64,000 bases of DNA from Patescibacteria group bacterium (lineage in GTDB: Bacteria > Patescibacteriota > Minisyncoccia > Phycocordibacterales > PALSA-1337): contig JBBTRA010000002.1 in NCBI GenBank assembly GCA_038065415.1, positions 13,646-77,645 of the forward strand. The letters run 5' to 3'. Below the pieces are notes generated by a model that had not been told where the DNA came from, searched no databases, and saw nothing but the letters and a program-made list of their open reading frames with translations. Each line of letters begins with the position of its first letter. Within the stretch, counting starts at the first letter, position 1. The position numbers and the translations under genes are program-made. This document shows positions 9,373 through 19,027 of this stretch, piece by piece.

Positions 9373-9500
9373 GAGGAGGGCACCCTTCCCCGATGTTTTT
9401 TCTAAGGCAACTTCTTTTTCAAATGTGGTGTAGTTTGGAAAATCACGGCTTCAAACCTCAGCCTTTTAAAACACAAAAACGGATTTCTGTGAATGAAAAA
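9373..9500. repeat. dispersed non-coding repeat, copy 1 (inverted copy at 47371-47495)
   Basis: 9406-9500 aligns ungapped to the reverse complement of 47371-47465 at 76/95 identities (manual count). Flanking GGAGGGCACCCTTCC hairpin has a counterpart in copy 2. Confidence 0.8.
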
Positions 9501-9549
9501 GTGTGTGGTACCTGCCTATCTTTTGTACCCCCAAGTTTCACTGCATGGC

Positions 9550-10653
9550 CTACGCCTTCGCAAATTCCTGCTGTCTCTCTTTTTCTTCTTGCGAACGCAG
9601 TCCGTCACGCCCCGCCCTGTAATCTTCTGAGATCTTCGGATCTGGAGGTGTATCTTTGACGATTGCCTTGAGCATTTCTAGCCAGAATGAGAGGCGTAGT
9701 TTGGTAAGCTCACGCAGGTCGCCCGAGGTCTTTTCGAGTGATGTTGCGTAATAGCTGAGCAGGTACCCGATCTTGTAGATACGCATCAGGCGAAGATCAA
9801 GATGCTCATTCTCACCACGATTGACTCGGATATATGAACTGAGCACCTTCTCCAGTGCAGGATTGTGAATGAGCATATAGTTGAGGAAGCGTGCCCAGCC
9901 TTCGTACTTATTGCCAAAATGAACTGCAGAACAGTCGAGCATGTATAGTGCATGGTCTTGCACGCGGAAGTTGTGCGGTACGAAATCGGTATGCGTTAGG
10001 TAGTTGGCATACTTGGCGAGGGTGGCGGAATTTGACTCGAGCAACTTGAGGGCGTCGGCGAGAGGTTGTGGATCAGCCTTGATTTCAGTGAGTGCGGGAC
10101 GCATTTTTTCTGGGAATGCCTTGAATGATTCGATATATTTTTCCGAGCTGAAAACAGTGAAGTTCTTCTGGATTGTCTTGAGATGTTCGAAGGTCGTCGC
10201 ATGGAATGATTCTTGTGCCTCGAATGCACGCAAGATGAGGAAGAATTGCTCTTCAGTGCTGTGATCTACGAAAACTTTGTCCTGGGGGACATATTCCGCG
10301 ATCCAGAACATATATCCGCTCTTCGTGCCGGAATACATTTCTGCAGGGAAGAGAATATACTCAGAAGCAAAGTCGATCGACATGAGGGTATCGCGAGCCG
10401 TCTTTTCTGCGATGATCTCCTTCTGTCCGTCAGGATGATTGCTCGCCTTAACGATGACTGCTTTCTTGTCGGAGGTCCGTATGGCTGCGAGTACGAGTTT
10501 GTTGCGGGTCATGAGATATCTCTCGCCACTCACGTGCGGCTGGTGCTCGTCGAGCTCGTAGCCGAGCGGCTTGAGCAGAGCGGATATGTTCGAGAGCTGG
10601 CCGGCGACATACTGCTTCCAGTCTGCTTCGGAGTGCATTGATTTCATCACCAT
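9550..10653 (-). CDS. APH/choline-kinase-like phosphotransferase (start may be 10638)
   Basis: VIVK, Brenner-like THTDFVPHNF and downstream MLDC. Confidence 0.65.
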   Translation of the reverse strand: MVMKSMHSEADWKQYVAGQLSNISALLKPLGYELDEHQPHVSGERYLMTRNKLVLAAIRTSDKKAVIVKASNHPDGQKEIIAEKTARDTLMSIDFASEYILFPAEMYSGTKSGYMFWIAEYVPQDKVFVDHSTEEQFFLILRAFEAQESFHATTFEHLKTIQKNFTVFSSEKYIESFKAFPEKMRPALTEIKADPQPLADALKLLESNSATLAKYANYLTHTDFVPHNFRVQDHALYMLDCSAVHFGNKYEGWARFLNYMLIHNPALEKVLSSYIRVNRGENEHLDLRLMRIYKIGYLLSYYATSLEKTSGDLRELTKLRLSFWLEMLKAIVKDTPPDPKISEDYRAGRDGLRSQEEKERQQEFAKA

Positions 10654-10688
10654 TTTATCCTATAGTACCTAGTGATTTTCCGCAATCT

Positions 10689-11648
10689 ATGGATACCGTA
10701 CTCGTAACTGGGGGAGCAGGATTCATCGGGTCTCATGTGGTCCGCAAGCTTATCGACGGCGGATATCGAGTCGTCTGTGTCGACAATTTCAATAGTGTAT
10801 ATGACCCGGCATTCAAAGAAGAGAATATCGCGCCTCTCCTTGTGTATCCGGATGTTTTCAAGCTAGAACGTGTCGATATTCGTGACAAAGTAGCACTCAA
10901 GGTTGTCTTTGAGAAGGAGAAGCCGGTATACGTTATCCACTTAGCGGCATTGGCAGATACACGCAACGCGGTAGATGTCCCTGGAGAGTATGTTGATGTG
11001 AATATAAACGGCACACTCAATGTTCTTGATTTTGCCCGCGACTACAAGGTCAAGAATGTGGCTCTGGCATCATCCTCATCGGTATATGGTAATACGCCAC
11101 GCTTCCCATGGGTCGAATCAGAGAATGCCGATATGCCGCTTTCCCCATACGGAGCCACTAAGCGTGCGATAGAGCTTTTCGCTTATGCATATCATCACAA
11201 TTTTGGACTCAACGTGACCTGCCTGCGTTACTTCAACGCCTATGGTGAGAACAATCGTCCAGGAATGGTGCCGTATGTCTGGACTAACGCGTTGCTTACA
11301 GGAAAAGAAATCGAAATATCTGGTGATGGTTCCCGCAAGCGCGACTACACCTATGTGGGTGATGTAGCTGATGCTACGATCCTCGCGATGCAAAAGCCGC
11401 TCGGGTATGAGATTTTGAATATTGGTAATAGCAACCCGATTTCCTTGGTAGAACTTTTGGTGGTATTAGAAAAGGCAACGGGCAAGACAGCGACCCGTAA
11501 GATGCGCCCGAGTCACTCAGCAAGTGTGGAGACGACGTGTGCAGATATTTCAAAAGCAAAGAAGTTGATCGGTTGGGAGCCGAAGGTTTCTCTCGAAGAA
11601 GGGATGGGGAAGTTGGTGGAGTGGTTTAGGGAGAAGAGGATCAACTAA
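10689..11648 (+). CDS. NAD-dependent nucleotide-sugar epimerase (UDP-glucuronate 4-epimerase-like SDR)
   Basis: VLVTGGAGFIGS, HLAA, SSSSVYG, YGATK, LRYFNAYG, RDYTY. Confidence 0.9.
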   Translation: MDTVLVTGGAGFIGSHVVRKLIDGGYRVVCVDNFNSVYDPAFKEENIAPLLVYPDVFKLERVDIRDKVALKVVFEKEKPVYVIHLAALADTRNAVDVPGEYVDVNINGTLNVLDFARDYKVKNVALASSSSVYGNTPRFPWVESENADMPLSPYGATKRAIELFAYAYHHNFGLNVTCLRYFNAYGENNRPGMVPYVWTNALLTGKEIEISGDGSRKRDYTYVGDVADATILAMQKPLGYEILNIGNSNPISLVELLVVLEKATGKTATRKMRPSHSASVETTCADISKAKKLIGWEPKVSLEEGMGKLVEWFREKRIN

Positions 11649-11681
11649 GCACGCTAATGGTGCGGGCGTGTCGGGGAGACT

Positions 11682-11710
11682 TTGACAGGAGTTGTTATTT
11701 TTGATATAAA
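11682..11710 (+). promoter_or_regulatory. sigma70-type promoter of the ADP-ribosylglycohydrolase gene
   Basis: TTGACA(11682-87)-17 bp-TATAAA(11705-10), preceded by TG. Confidence 0.65.
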
Positions 11711-11755
11711 AAATTAGGTAAATTGAGTTAGAAAATTGAAAAAGAAAGGGAACCA

Positions 11756-12754
11756 ATGAACAGTGTACCAAGTCGGATCCAAGGCTGTCTCCTGGGCGTC
11801 GCCATCGGCGATGCGCTGGGTATGCCTGTTGAAACCATGTCTCATGATCGAATTATGGAAGCCACAAAAGGGATTGGAATCGATCGCTTCATCGAACCGA
11901 TCAATCGCCGAGACTGGACCAAAGGCATGAAGGCTGGTGCCACGACCGATGATTGGCAACTCACGCGAGCCGTTCTGACGTCACTCATCCGCACTCAAGG
12001 GGTCTTCAGTGTCGCTGATTGCGCAGCTGAACATGTTCGTGAGTCTAGCCAAAGCCTTTTTGGCTGGGGAAAGACGACGCAGGGTGCAATCGATGCGATC
12101 AAGCGGGGAGAACGCGATCCTGAGAAAGATCCACTTCCACCTGCTCCTGTCGGCGGTGGCTGTGGAAATGGGATTGTCATGAAGGTTGCACCGGTTGCTA
12201 TCGCCAACTTTCTACGCCAAAAAGATCACAAAGATCTCTGGCGAGACGTGAAAACCCTTGGTTCGATCACTCACCCAGATATTCTGGCGAGCGTTTCGGC
12301 GTTCGCGGTCGCTGTAATGTTGTGTAAAGTTCTCCAACCCGGAATACTTTCCGCTGGCCAAGTAGGTTTTCTGTTTGAGCAAATGCTTGCTGTCGTTATA
12401 AATTTGGAAAAGGAGGAGAAAATTCCACCTCACGTGTCGAATCGTCTGCTTAAAATTCCCGATTTTTGGAACGATGCAGGGTATCTTCGTAAAGGTGTCG
12501 GTTGTGGATTCTACGCGATCGATACGGCTGCCTTTGCGATTGGCACATTCTTACGGCACACGAATTCTTTCCGACAAGGAGTGCTCGAGGCGGTGAATGC
12601 TGGTGGTGACACAGACACCAACGCATCCGTAGTTGGTGCTCTCATTGGAGCCAATGTTGGCCTCGAAGGAATTCCTGATGAGTGGAAATGCTTCAGTGAG
12701 GAGTTCAAAGAGCCTCAAGTTCTCGGTCACCAACTGTCGCTCATTACGGCCTAA
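11756..12754 (+). CDS. ADP-ribosylglycohydrolase (DraG/ARH family)
   Basis: GVAIGDALGMPVE, TTDD, GNG, ITH, GGDTDTNAS motifs. Confidence 0.93.
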   Translation: MNSVPSRIQGCLLGVAIGDALGMPVETMSHDRIMEATKGIGIDRFIEPINRRDWTKGMKAGATTDDWQLTRAVLTSLIRTQGVFSVADCAAEHVRESSQSLFGWGKTTQGAIDAIKRGERDPEKDPLPPAPVGGGCGNGIVMKVAPVAIANFLRQKDHKDLWRDVKTLGSITHPDILASVSAFAVAVMLCKVLQPGILSAGQVGFLFEQMLAVVINLEKEEKIPPHVSNRLLKIPDFWNDAGYLRKGVGCGFYAIDTAAFAIGTFLRHTNSFRQGVLEAVNAGGDTDTNASVVGALIGANVGLEGIPDEWKCFSEEFKEPQVLGHQLSLITA

Positions 12755-12766
12755 CGAGCATACAAC

Positions 12767-12790
12767 CCGCTGATTCTATCAGCGGTTTTT
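12767..12790. terminator. intrinsic terminator between convergent genes
   Basis: CCGCTGAT-tct-ATCAGCGG followed by a T-run. Confidence 0.75.
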
Positions 12791-13935
12791 TATTTTTTCA
12801 CAACCTTCCCAAAAATCCCTTCCAAACCTTTAAGGTGGCCTTCCCAGGAGAATTTTTCATGCAGTAATTTTGTCCCACCCGCGACCAACTTCTTACAGAG
12901 CGCCTGATCTGTGAACAGTCTCTCTATTGCCGCGGCAAGCGCAGCATCATCACCGGGCTTCACAAGGAGGCCGGTTTGCTCATGATAGATGGCCTCATTT
13001 GTGCCAGAGATATCTGTGGCGACCACTGGTATCTCAGCCGCAAAGCTGGTGAGTACAGTGTGGGGAAGTCCTTCATAGGTTGAGTTCAGGACATATACAG
13101 AAGAATTCTTACGGACATGCCAAGTCTCCGCGCGTGATACTTTTCCAAGGAATGAGATGTTGTTTTCGACACCGAGATCCTGGGTGAGCTTTTTGAGGTT
13201 TTCGGTCTCTGGTCCATCGCCGGCAATGACTGCGCGCACATCAGGGAACCTCTTGCGGACGATGGCCATGGCTCGGATGATGCCGTCGATGCCTTTCCAT
13301 GCGGTGAGGCGAGCGGTGACCGCGATTTGGTGTGCGATAGGAGGTTTTGGTTCGAAAGGAAGCACCTCTGTTTCCTCGGCAGCATTGTAGTTCACGACGC
13401 TGCGCTCACGGCGGACGCCGTAGGCCTTGATGAGTTCCTCGGAGAGATATGCAGACGGTGTGGTCACACATGCTGCACGACGGAGCACCCAACCTTGGAC
13501 GCGCATCATCGCGCGAATCTTCCAGTCACCCTCAGGATTCGTGAGGAACTCCTCGAGGCGTTTCTTGGTGAGGCGTCTTTGAGTTGCGCGTTCCCATGCT
13601 TCGTCACCCACGAACTTGAGTACGAATGGTGTTCGCAATACGCTACAGACGATCGCTGTCGGTAGACCTGCAGCCATCGCATTTTGCACATATACGAGGT
13701 CTGCACCGCGAGCAGCTTTGAGCAAGGTGAGGAGATACAGAGGAAGGCGAACAGGCAGCGGCTTACGCTTGCTCACGGGCATCAGCTTTGTTCCCTCAAA
13801 AGCCGTGCCAACATCCGTGTATGCGACAACTGTTATGTCGTGGGTGCCATGGAGTCGCTCGCAAAGCTCTTTGGTATAGGTGGCTGGACCGCCGATTTCA
13901 GGAGGGTATATAGGAGTTGCTATGACGATCTTCAT
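12790..13935 (-). CDS. glycosyltransferase family 4
   Basis: YPPEIGGPATY, ARL..WKG, EGLPHTVLTSFA (second Glu of EX7E replaced by Thr). Confidence 0.9.
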   Translation of the reverse strand: MKIVIATPIYPPEIGGPATYTKELCERLHGTHDITVVAYTDVGTAFEGTKLMPVSKRKPLPVRLPLYLLTLLKAARGADLVYVQNAMAAGLPTAIVCSVLRTPFVLKFVGDEAWERATQRRLTKKRLEEFLTNPEGDWKIRAMMRVQGWVLRRAACVTTPSAYLSEELIKAYGVRRERSVVNYNAAEETEVLPFEPKPPIAHQIAVTARLTAWKGIDGIIRAMAIVRKRFPDVRAVIAGDGPETENLKKLTQDLGVENNISFLGKVSRAETWHVRKNSSVYVLNSTYEGLPHTVLTSFAAEIPVVATDISGTNEAIYHEQTGLLVKPGDDAALAAAIERLFTDQALCKKLVAGGTKLLHEKFSWEGHLKGLEGIFGKVVKK

Positions 13936-13987
13936 GCAAGTAAAGTAACACAAAAACAGCAAATAGTGTATGATACTTCGTACCTAT

Positions 13988-14845
13988 ATGAGTGCTTCTC
14001 TCTCGCCCAAGCCACGCATCGGATTTATCGGTCAGGGATTTATTGGCAAGAATTATGCCGATGACTTCGAAGTTCGCGGGTATTCTGTGACCCGGTATGC
14101 AGCAGAACCTGCATATGTCGGCAACAAGGATGTAATCAAGGAATGCGACATTGTATTCATAGCTGTCCCCACTCCGACGACCCTGAAAGGGTTTGATGAC
14201 CACATAGTGCGAGAGGTCGTGAAGCTAGTCGGCAAAGGTAAAATTGCAGTGATCAAGTCGACACTCATTCCGGGAACAACAGTTTCGATACAAAAAGAGA
14301 ATCCCGATATATTTGTTTTTCATTCACCAGAGTTCCTTACGGAGGCTACTGCATCGAAGGATGCTGCTCATCCTCTGCGCAATATTGTCGGCGCACCTAT
14401 TGATTCTAGCGAGTACAAAAATAAGGCACAGGAGGTCATCGCGATCTTGCCGAAGGCGCCCTATGAGCTTGTCTGCTCTTCGCAGGAGGCCGAGCTCATC
14501 AAGTATGGCGGCAACTGCTTCCTCTATACGAAAATCGTGTATATGAATATGCTTTATGACTATGCAGCATCGCTCGGGTGCAATTGGGATGTGATTTCTG
14601 AGGCGATGGTGCACGATCCGCGTATCGGTGTAAGTCATATGAAGCCGCACCACGCATCAGGTCGGGGTGCGGGAGGTAATTGCTTCATCAAGGATTTCGA
14701 GGCGTTCATCGAGGGGTATAAGAAGAATAATCCACATGATATTGCGGGTATCGAAGCACTGGAAGGATTCAAGAACAAGAATTATGATTTACTGAAATCA
14801 TCAGGGAAAGATCTCAATCTGCTCAAAGAGGTAACGGGGGAATGA
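13988..14845 (+). CDS. UDP-glucose/GDP-mannose dehydrogenase family, short form (paralog 1)
   Basis: GQGFIG, AVPTP, IKST, PEFL.E, AELIKY..N, DPRIG, GGNCFIKD. About 285 aa, no C-terminal UDP-binding domain. Confidence 0.88.
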   Translation: MSASLSPKPRIGFIGQGFIGKNYADDFEVRGYSVTRYAAEPAYVGNKDVIKECDIVFIAVPTPTTLKGFDDHIVREVVKLVGKGKIAVIKSTLIPGTTVSIQKENPDIFVFHSPEFLTEATASKDAAHPLRNIVGAPIDSSEYKNKAQEVIAILPKAPYELVCSSQEAELIKYGGNCFLYTKIVYMNMLYDYAASLGCNWDVISEAMVHDPRIGVSHMKPHHASGRGAGGNCFIKDFEAFIEGYKKNNPHDIAGIEALEGFKNKNYDLLKSSGKDLNLLKEVTGE

Positions 14846-14880
14846 AAAAAGCGGCGCAGGAATCAGATTCCTGCGCCGCT
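14845..14880 (-). terminator. intrinsic terminator (perfect 14-bp stem)
   Basis: AGCGGCGCAGGAAT-cag-ATTCCTGCGCCGCT with an A-run on the left (T-run on the minus strand). Confidence 0.8.
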
Positions 14881-14899
14881 GTCAGTGTGGGTGACTGCC

Positions 14900-15691
14900 T
14901 CAGTCTTTTGTCCGAATTTTGATCTTGAATGATCCCGGAACTGACTTTTCGGATATAACAAAGAGGTAGCCTCCACCACATCCAGAGTACATCGCACCCA
15001 GACTGTGCCTCTGGTATGTTTTGAGGATACCTTTGAGGTCTGTCTTTATCGTACGATGCCGGATCGTTGCGGGGAGAATCGTCTCCCAGCATTCCATGCA
15101 CTCATTGAACGACCTTCCAAGTTTGCGGGGGTCCATCTCCGTAATTGCTCGGAAACAATCTGTGCCGCTTTGCCCGAGTCGTGCGATCCATTCTGGATCG
15201 AGATGTTTGATTCCGAGAGGATCGTATCCGGGTGGTCGTGGTGCGATAGGTAAAACATGCAGTACCTCCTCGAGCCAGTGAGCGTGAGCGGCGTCAGTAA
15301 TCGATGCTATATTCGTGGGGAATACACCTCGATGTGAACTGTAATTGTAGTCAAGCCGATTGATCCCTGGATACAATAGGCCGATCATGTCTTGGGAACC
15401 GCTCGGAGCGGACTTACCTTTGTTCTCTGCAACATAGAGCTCGCGAACGAGGGATTCTCGTGGCCGCCAGGGGAGACCATCTGGCCAGAGTTTGATGGCT
15501 GTGGAGCGTGTGCTTCCTGCGAGACCCGAGCGCTCCATGGGCAGGAAGTCAGGTTCGATCTGGGCGACAACCATTGATCCGAAGGGTTGTGTATTGAGTT
15601 TTGACACAAACGGCTGGTCAATCCATCCTCCGGCGAGGGCGATCCGATGCGGCATTGAGCCGATGATCGGTGTGATGGGATATTTCTTCAT
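14900..15691 (-). CDS. GHMP kinase-like protein (HddA/sugar-phosphate kinase-like, divergent)
   Basis: PHRIALAGGWID, RSGLAGS, GSQD, SGCGGGYL motifs. Confidence 0.7.
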   Translation of the reverse strand: MKKYPITPIIGSMPHRIALAGGWIDQPFVSKLNTQPFGSMVVAQIEPDFLPMERSGLAGSTRSTAIKLWPDGLPWRPRESLVRELYVAENKGKSAPSGSQDMIGLLYPGINRLDYNYSSHRGVFPTNIASITDAAHAHWLEEVLHVLPIAPRPPGYDPLGIKHLDPEWIARLGQSGTDCFRAITEMDPRKLGRSFNECMECWETILPATIRHRTIKTDLKGILKTYQRHSLGAMYSGCGGGYLFVISEKSVPGSFKIKIRTKD

Positions 15692-15794
15692 ATGAGGTGA
15701 GCAGGGCTTCTCTGGAGCCTACGCTAGCACGACGGAGCGGCCTCAGACAATGCCGCCGTACACAAAAAATCGAAATAGTGTACTATTACATGAT

Positions 15795-16814
15795 ATGAGA
15801 ATCCTCATTGCTTCAGGTATATATCCACCAGATATCGGCGGGGCGGCGCAGTATGCCCGCAATCTCTATGAGGCGTGGAAGTCTTCGGGCAACGACGTCA
15901 AAGTTGCCGCCTACCGTTGGGAGCGCGCATTCCCGCCACTGGTGCGTCACATACTCTTTTTCCTCAAGATTATCCGTAAGGGTTGGAACGCCGACCTCAT
16001 CCTTATTCTCGATACCTGGAGTGCTGCTGTTCCGGCGATGTATGCATGCAAGCTCATGCGCAAGAAGTATCTCATTCGCACCGGAGGAGACTTCTTATGG
16101 GAGAGCTATACTGAGCGAACTGGCGATCTGGTTTTGTTCAGGGATTTTTATTCAACAAGCATGAGCAAGCTCTCAACCAAAGAGAAGCTGGTGTTCAAAC
16201 TTGGAGGTGATGCTCTGCGCGGTGCAGCAAAAATCATATTCAGTACTTCGTGGCAAAAAGAAATATTCGAAAAAGCATATACTCTCGACTCGCACAAGAG
16301 CGTCATTATCGAGAATTATTGTGGCGAACGTGAGCCTACGGTAGAGCCAGAAAATCGTATGTTCGTTGCTGGTACTCGTCCGCTCAAATGGAAGAATGTG
16401 GAGTTCCTCAAAGAGTGTTTTACTGAAGCCAGTGACGCATTGCAGAAGCTTGGTCTCGAACCTATAGAGCTCGATTGTGGAAAGGCGGTGTATGACAGCT
16501 TCCTGGAGAAGATTCATCGTTCCTATGCCGTGATCCTGGTGTCTCTGGGTGATATCAGTCCAAATATGATCTTTGACGCAGTAAAATGTGGCACGCCGTT
16601 CATCGTCACGCAGGAAATCGGTATCCGCCATCGTATCGAGGATGCCGCACTCTTTGTGGATCCGAAAAATAAGAAGGATATCGTGGACAAGATCATATGG
16701 CTCGCAGATCCGAAGAATAGGGCGATACAAGCGGGGAAAGTGAGAGGTTTGTCATTTACCCATTCCTGGGCTCAGATAGGTAGTGAGATTGTCGAGGTGT
16801 GGAAGAGTTTGTAA
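15795..16814 (+). CDS. glycosyltransferase family 4 (divergent)
   Basis: YPPDIGGAAQY, R..KWKN, DISPNMIFD (Asp variant of EX7E). Confidence 0.8.
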   Translation: MRILIASGIYPPDIGGAAQYARNLYEAWKSSGNDVKVAAYRWERAFPPLVRHILFFLKIIRKGWNADLILILDTWSAAVPAMYACKLMRKKYLIRTGGDFLWESYTERTGDLVLFRDFYSTSMSKLSTKEKLVFKLGGDALRGAAKIIFSTSWQKEIFEKAYTLDSHKSVIIENYCGEREPTVEPENRMFVAGTRPLKWKNVEFLKECFTEASDALQKLGLEPIELDCGKAVYDSFLEKIHRSYAVILVSLGDISPNMIFDAVKCGTPFIVTQEIGIRHRIEDAALFVDPKNKKDIVDKIIWLADPKNRAIQAGKVRGLSFTHSWAQIGSEIVEVWKSL

Positions 16815-16818
16815 GATC

Positions 16819-17835
16819 ATGCAGCAGAAGAAATTACTCATGATAAGCACGGACCGTAAGATCTTCCAAGAAGGGAGTGCTGTCAGAGCGCGTCAGGCTG
16901 AATATGCAAAAGGATGGGCAGAGGTGCACATACTGGTTTTCGATGACGCGCGGAGTTTGAATGGGGAAACAGTCATCGCACCAAATTGTTGGGCGTATCC
17001 CATACAGTCCCGAGCCAAAATTCTGCACCCATTTGGCACGATGAAGCTCGGGAAATTCCTTGTTGTGAAGAGAGGAATCACAGATGTTACATGTCAGGAT
17101 CCGTTTTTGACGGCTATGGCAGGCATCGGGCTCAAGAAGGATTTTCCACAGGTGCGCCTAGAGATGCAGGTACACAGTGATATTGGTAGTACCTACTTCA
17201 CATACTCCTTCGGCAATAAGATCAGGAAATCTCTCGCATTGAGCTATCTCCCAAAGGCTGATCATGTGCGTGTCGTTTCGGGCAAGATTAGGGATTTCCT
17301 TGTCGAGAAACTAGGGACTCCAGATTCGAAGATTGAAGTCAGGCCGATATTTGTGGATACGGAGAAAATCAAGACTGCACCGGTCATCGAAACCGCGGAT
17401 CTCCGCAAGAAATATCCTCAGTTCGGAAAGATCGTACTGGTAGCCTCACGTCTTGAAAAAGAGAAGAATGTCGCTTTGGCTATAAGCTCATGGAAAAAGA
17501 TCACCGAGAAGGCGCCGAGTGCTGGCTTGGTTATTGTGGGTTCTGGGTCAGAGCTGGCGACCTTGAAAAGCATGGTCACGGATCTAGGACTAAATACCAC
17601 CGTTGTCTTCGAAGGTTGGGCTGATCAGGCTACACTGTATTCGTACTACAAGACTGTTGATGTTTTCGTGAATACGTCCCTCTTCGAAGGGTATGGCATG
17701 ACGCTTGTCGAAGCTCATGCGGCTGGATGTCCGATCGTATCGACGGATGTTGGTGTCGCCAAAGAAGTCGGTGCTATCATAGCTGCGTGGGATGAATCAG
17801 ATGTTGCGGACAAAGTCGCTTCAGTCCTCGTATAA
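16819..17835 (+). CDS. glycosyltransferase family 4
   Basis: SRLEKEKN, EGYGMTLVEA. Confidence 0.9.
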   Translation: MQQKKLLMISTDRKIFQEGSAVRARQAEYAKGWAEVHILVFDDARSLNGETVIAPNCWAYPIQSRAKILHPFGTMKLGKFLVVKRGITDVTCQDPFLTAMAGIGLKKDFPQVRLEMQVHSDIGSTYFTYSFGNKIRKSLALSYLPKADHVRVVSGKIRDFLVEKLGTPDSKIEVRPIFVDTEKIKTAPVIETADLRKKYPQFGKIVLVASRLEKEKNVALAISSWKKITEKAPSAGLVIVGSGSELATLKSMVTDLGLNTTVVFEGWADQATLYSYYKTVDVFVNTSLFEGYGMTLVEAHAAGCPIVSTDVGVAKEVGAIIAAWDESDVADKVASVLV

Positions 17836-17847
17836 TACATATTCACT

Positions 17848-18291
17848 ATGATGGAAAAGATAGCAACTACATATACCAACCTCGGAACCGCGTATCCGTT
17901 CTGGTTCAAATTGGGGCGCTTTTGTATATCTGGGGGCGCGGGAGCAGCCATTAATATCGGTATTCTTTTTCTGCTCACGCATATTTTCAGTGTCTGGTAT
18001 CTGCTCTCGTCGGTTATTGCTTTCCTCATATCATTTTGCGCAAGCTTCATATTCCAGAAATTCTGGACTTTTGGTGATACCAAGACTGAACGACTTCACG
18101 TACAAGCGGGATGGTATCTCATTGTTGCTGTGGTTAATCTCGCACTTAACATCTCAATCATGTATGCATTGGTTGAATGGGCCGGGTTCCACTATATCGG
18201 CGCACAGCTCATCTCAAGTGCGACCATAGCACTTGAGAGTTATTTCGCGTATCAGGCAATATTCAAAGCATCTCAGCAAGTCCGCTCGTAG
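17848..18291 (+). CDS. GtrA family flippase
   Basis: RFCISGG, four hydrophobic segments, QKFWTF. Confidence 0.88.
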   Translation: MMEKIATTYTNLGTAYPFWFKLGRFCISGGAGAAINIGILFLLTHIFSVWYLLSSVIAFLISFCASFIFQKFWTFGDTKTERLHVQAGWYLIVAVVNLALNISIMYALVEWAGFHYIGAQLISSATIALESYFAYQAIFKASQQVRS

Positions 18292-18328
18292 GCTCGCTTT
18301 TGAGTCCGCATATGATATCCTTACCGGC

Positions 18329-19027
18329 ATGAAACTTTCCATAGTCATCCCTGCGTATAACGAAGAAAAGACAGTCGAAAAGATCCTGGCTGCGGTCGAT
18401 GCGGTCGTATTGCCAGGAGGTATAACCAAGGAGATTATCGTCGTTGATGATTGTTCCAAGGACAAAACATTTGAGGTGCTCCAGAGTCTCCAGAAGAGGT
18501 ACAACCTTATTTTGTCCCGTCATGCCATCAACCAGGGTAAGGGTGCTTCAGTTACCGATGGTATACGTATTTCGACGGGTGATGTAGTGGTTATACAAGA
18601 TGCTGATCTTGAATACGACCCGAAGGAGTTTTCACTTCTCTTGGAGCCGATACTTGCAGGCGATGCTGATGTGGTCTACGGTTCGCGCTTCATCAGCAAT
18701 CGTCCGCACCGCGTGCTCTATTTCTGGCACTCTATGGGCAATAAGTTTTTGACCCTGTTCTCCAACATCTTCACTGATCTCAATATCACCGATATGGAGA
18801 CCTGCTACAAAATGTTCACGAGGAAAGTCGTTGATGATATCAAGGACAAGTTGGTCTCCAAGAGATTTGGCATCGAGCCGGAGATTACGGCACGGGTCAA
18901 GAGATATCGTATATACGAAGTAGGTATTTCATACAAAGGCAGAACGTACGCTGAAGGCAAGAAAATCGGCTGGAAGGATGGATTCTCTGCGCTCTGGTGC
19001 ATCATCCGCTTCAATCTATTCGCATGA
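18329..19027 (+). CDS. GT2 polyprenol-phosphate glycosyltransferase (GtrB/DPM1-like)
   Basis: SIVIPAYNE, VDDCSKD, NQGKG, QDADLEYDP, GSRF, DMETCYK. Confidence 0.93.
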   Translation: MKLSIVIPAYNEEKTVEKILAAVDAVVLPGGITKEIIVVDDCSKDKTFEVLQSLQKRYNLILSRHAINQGKGASVTDGIRISTGDVVVIQDADLEYDPKEFSLLLEPILAGDADVVYGSRFISNRPHRVLYFWHSMGNKFLTLFSNIFTDLNITDMETCYKMFTRKVVDDIKDKLVSKRFGIEPEITARVKRYRIYEVGISYKGRTYAEGKKIGWKDGFSALWCIIRFNLFA

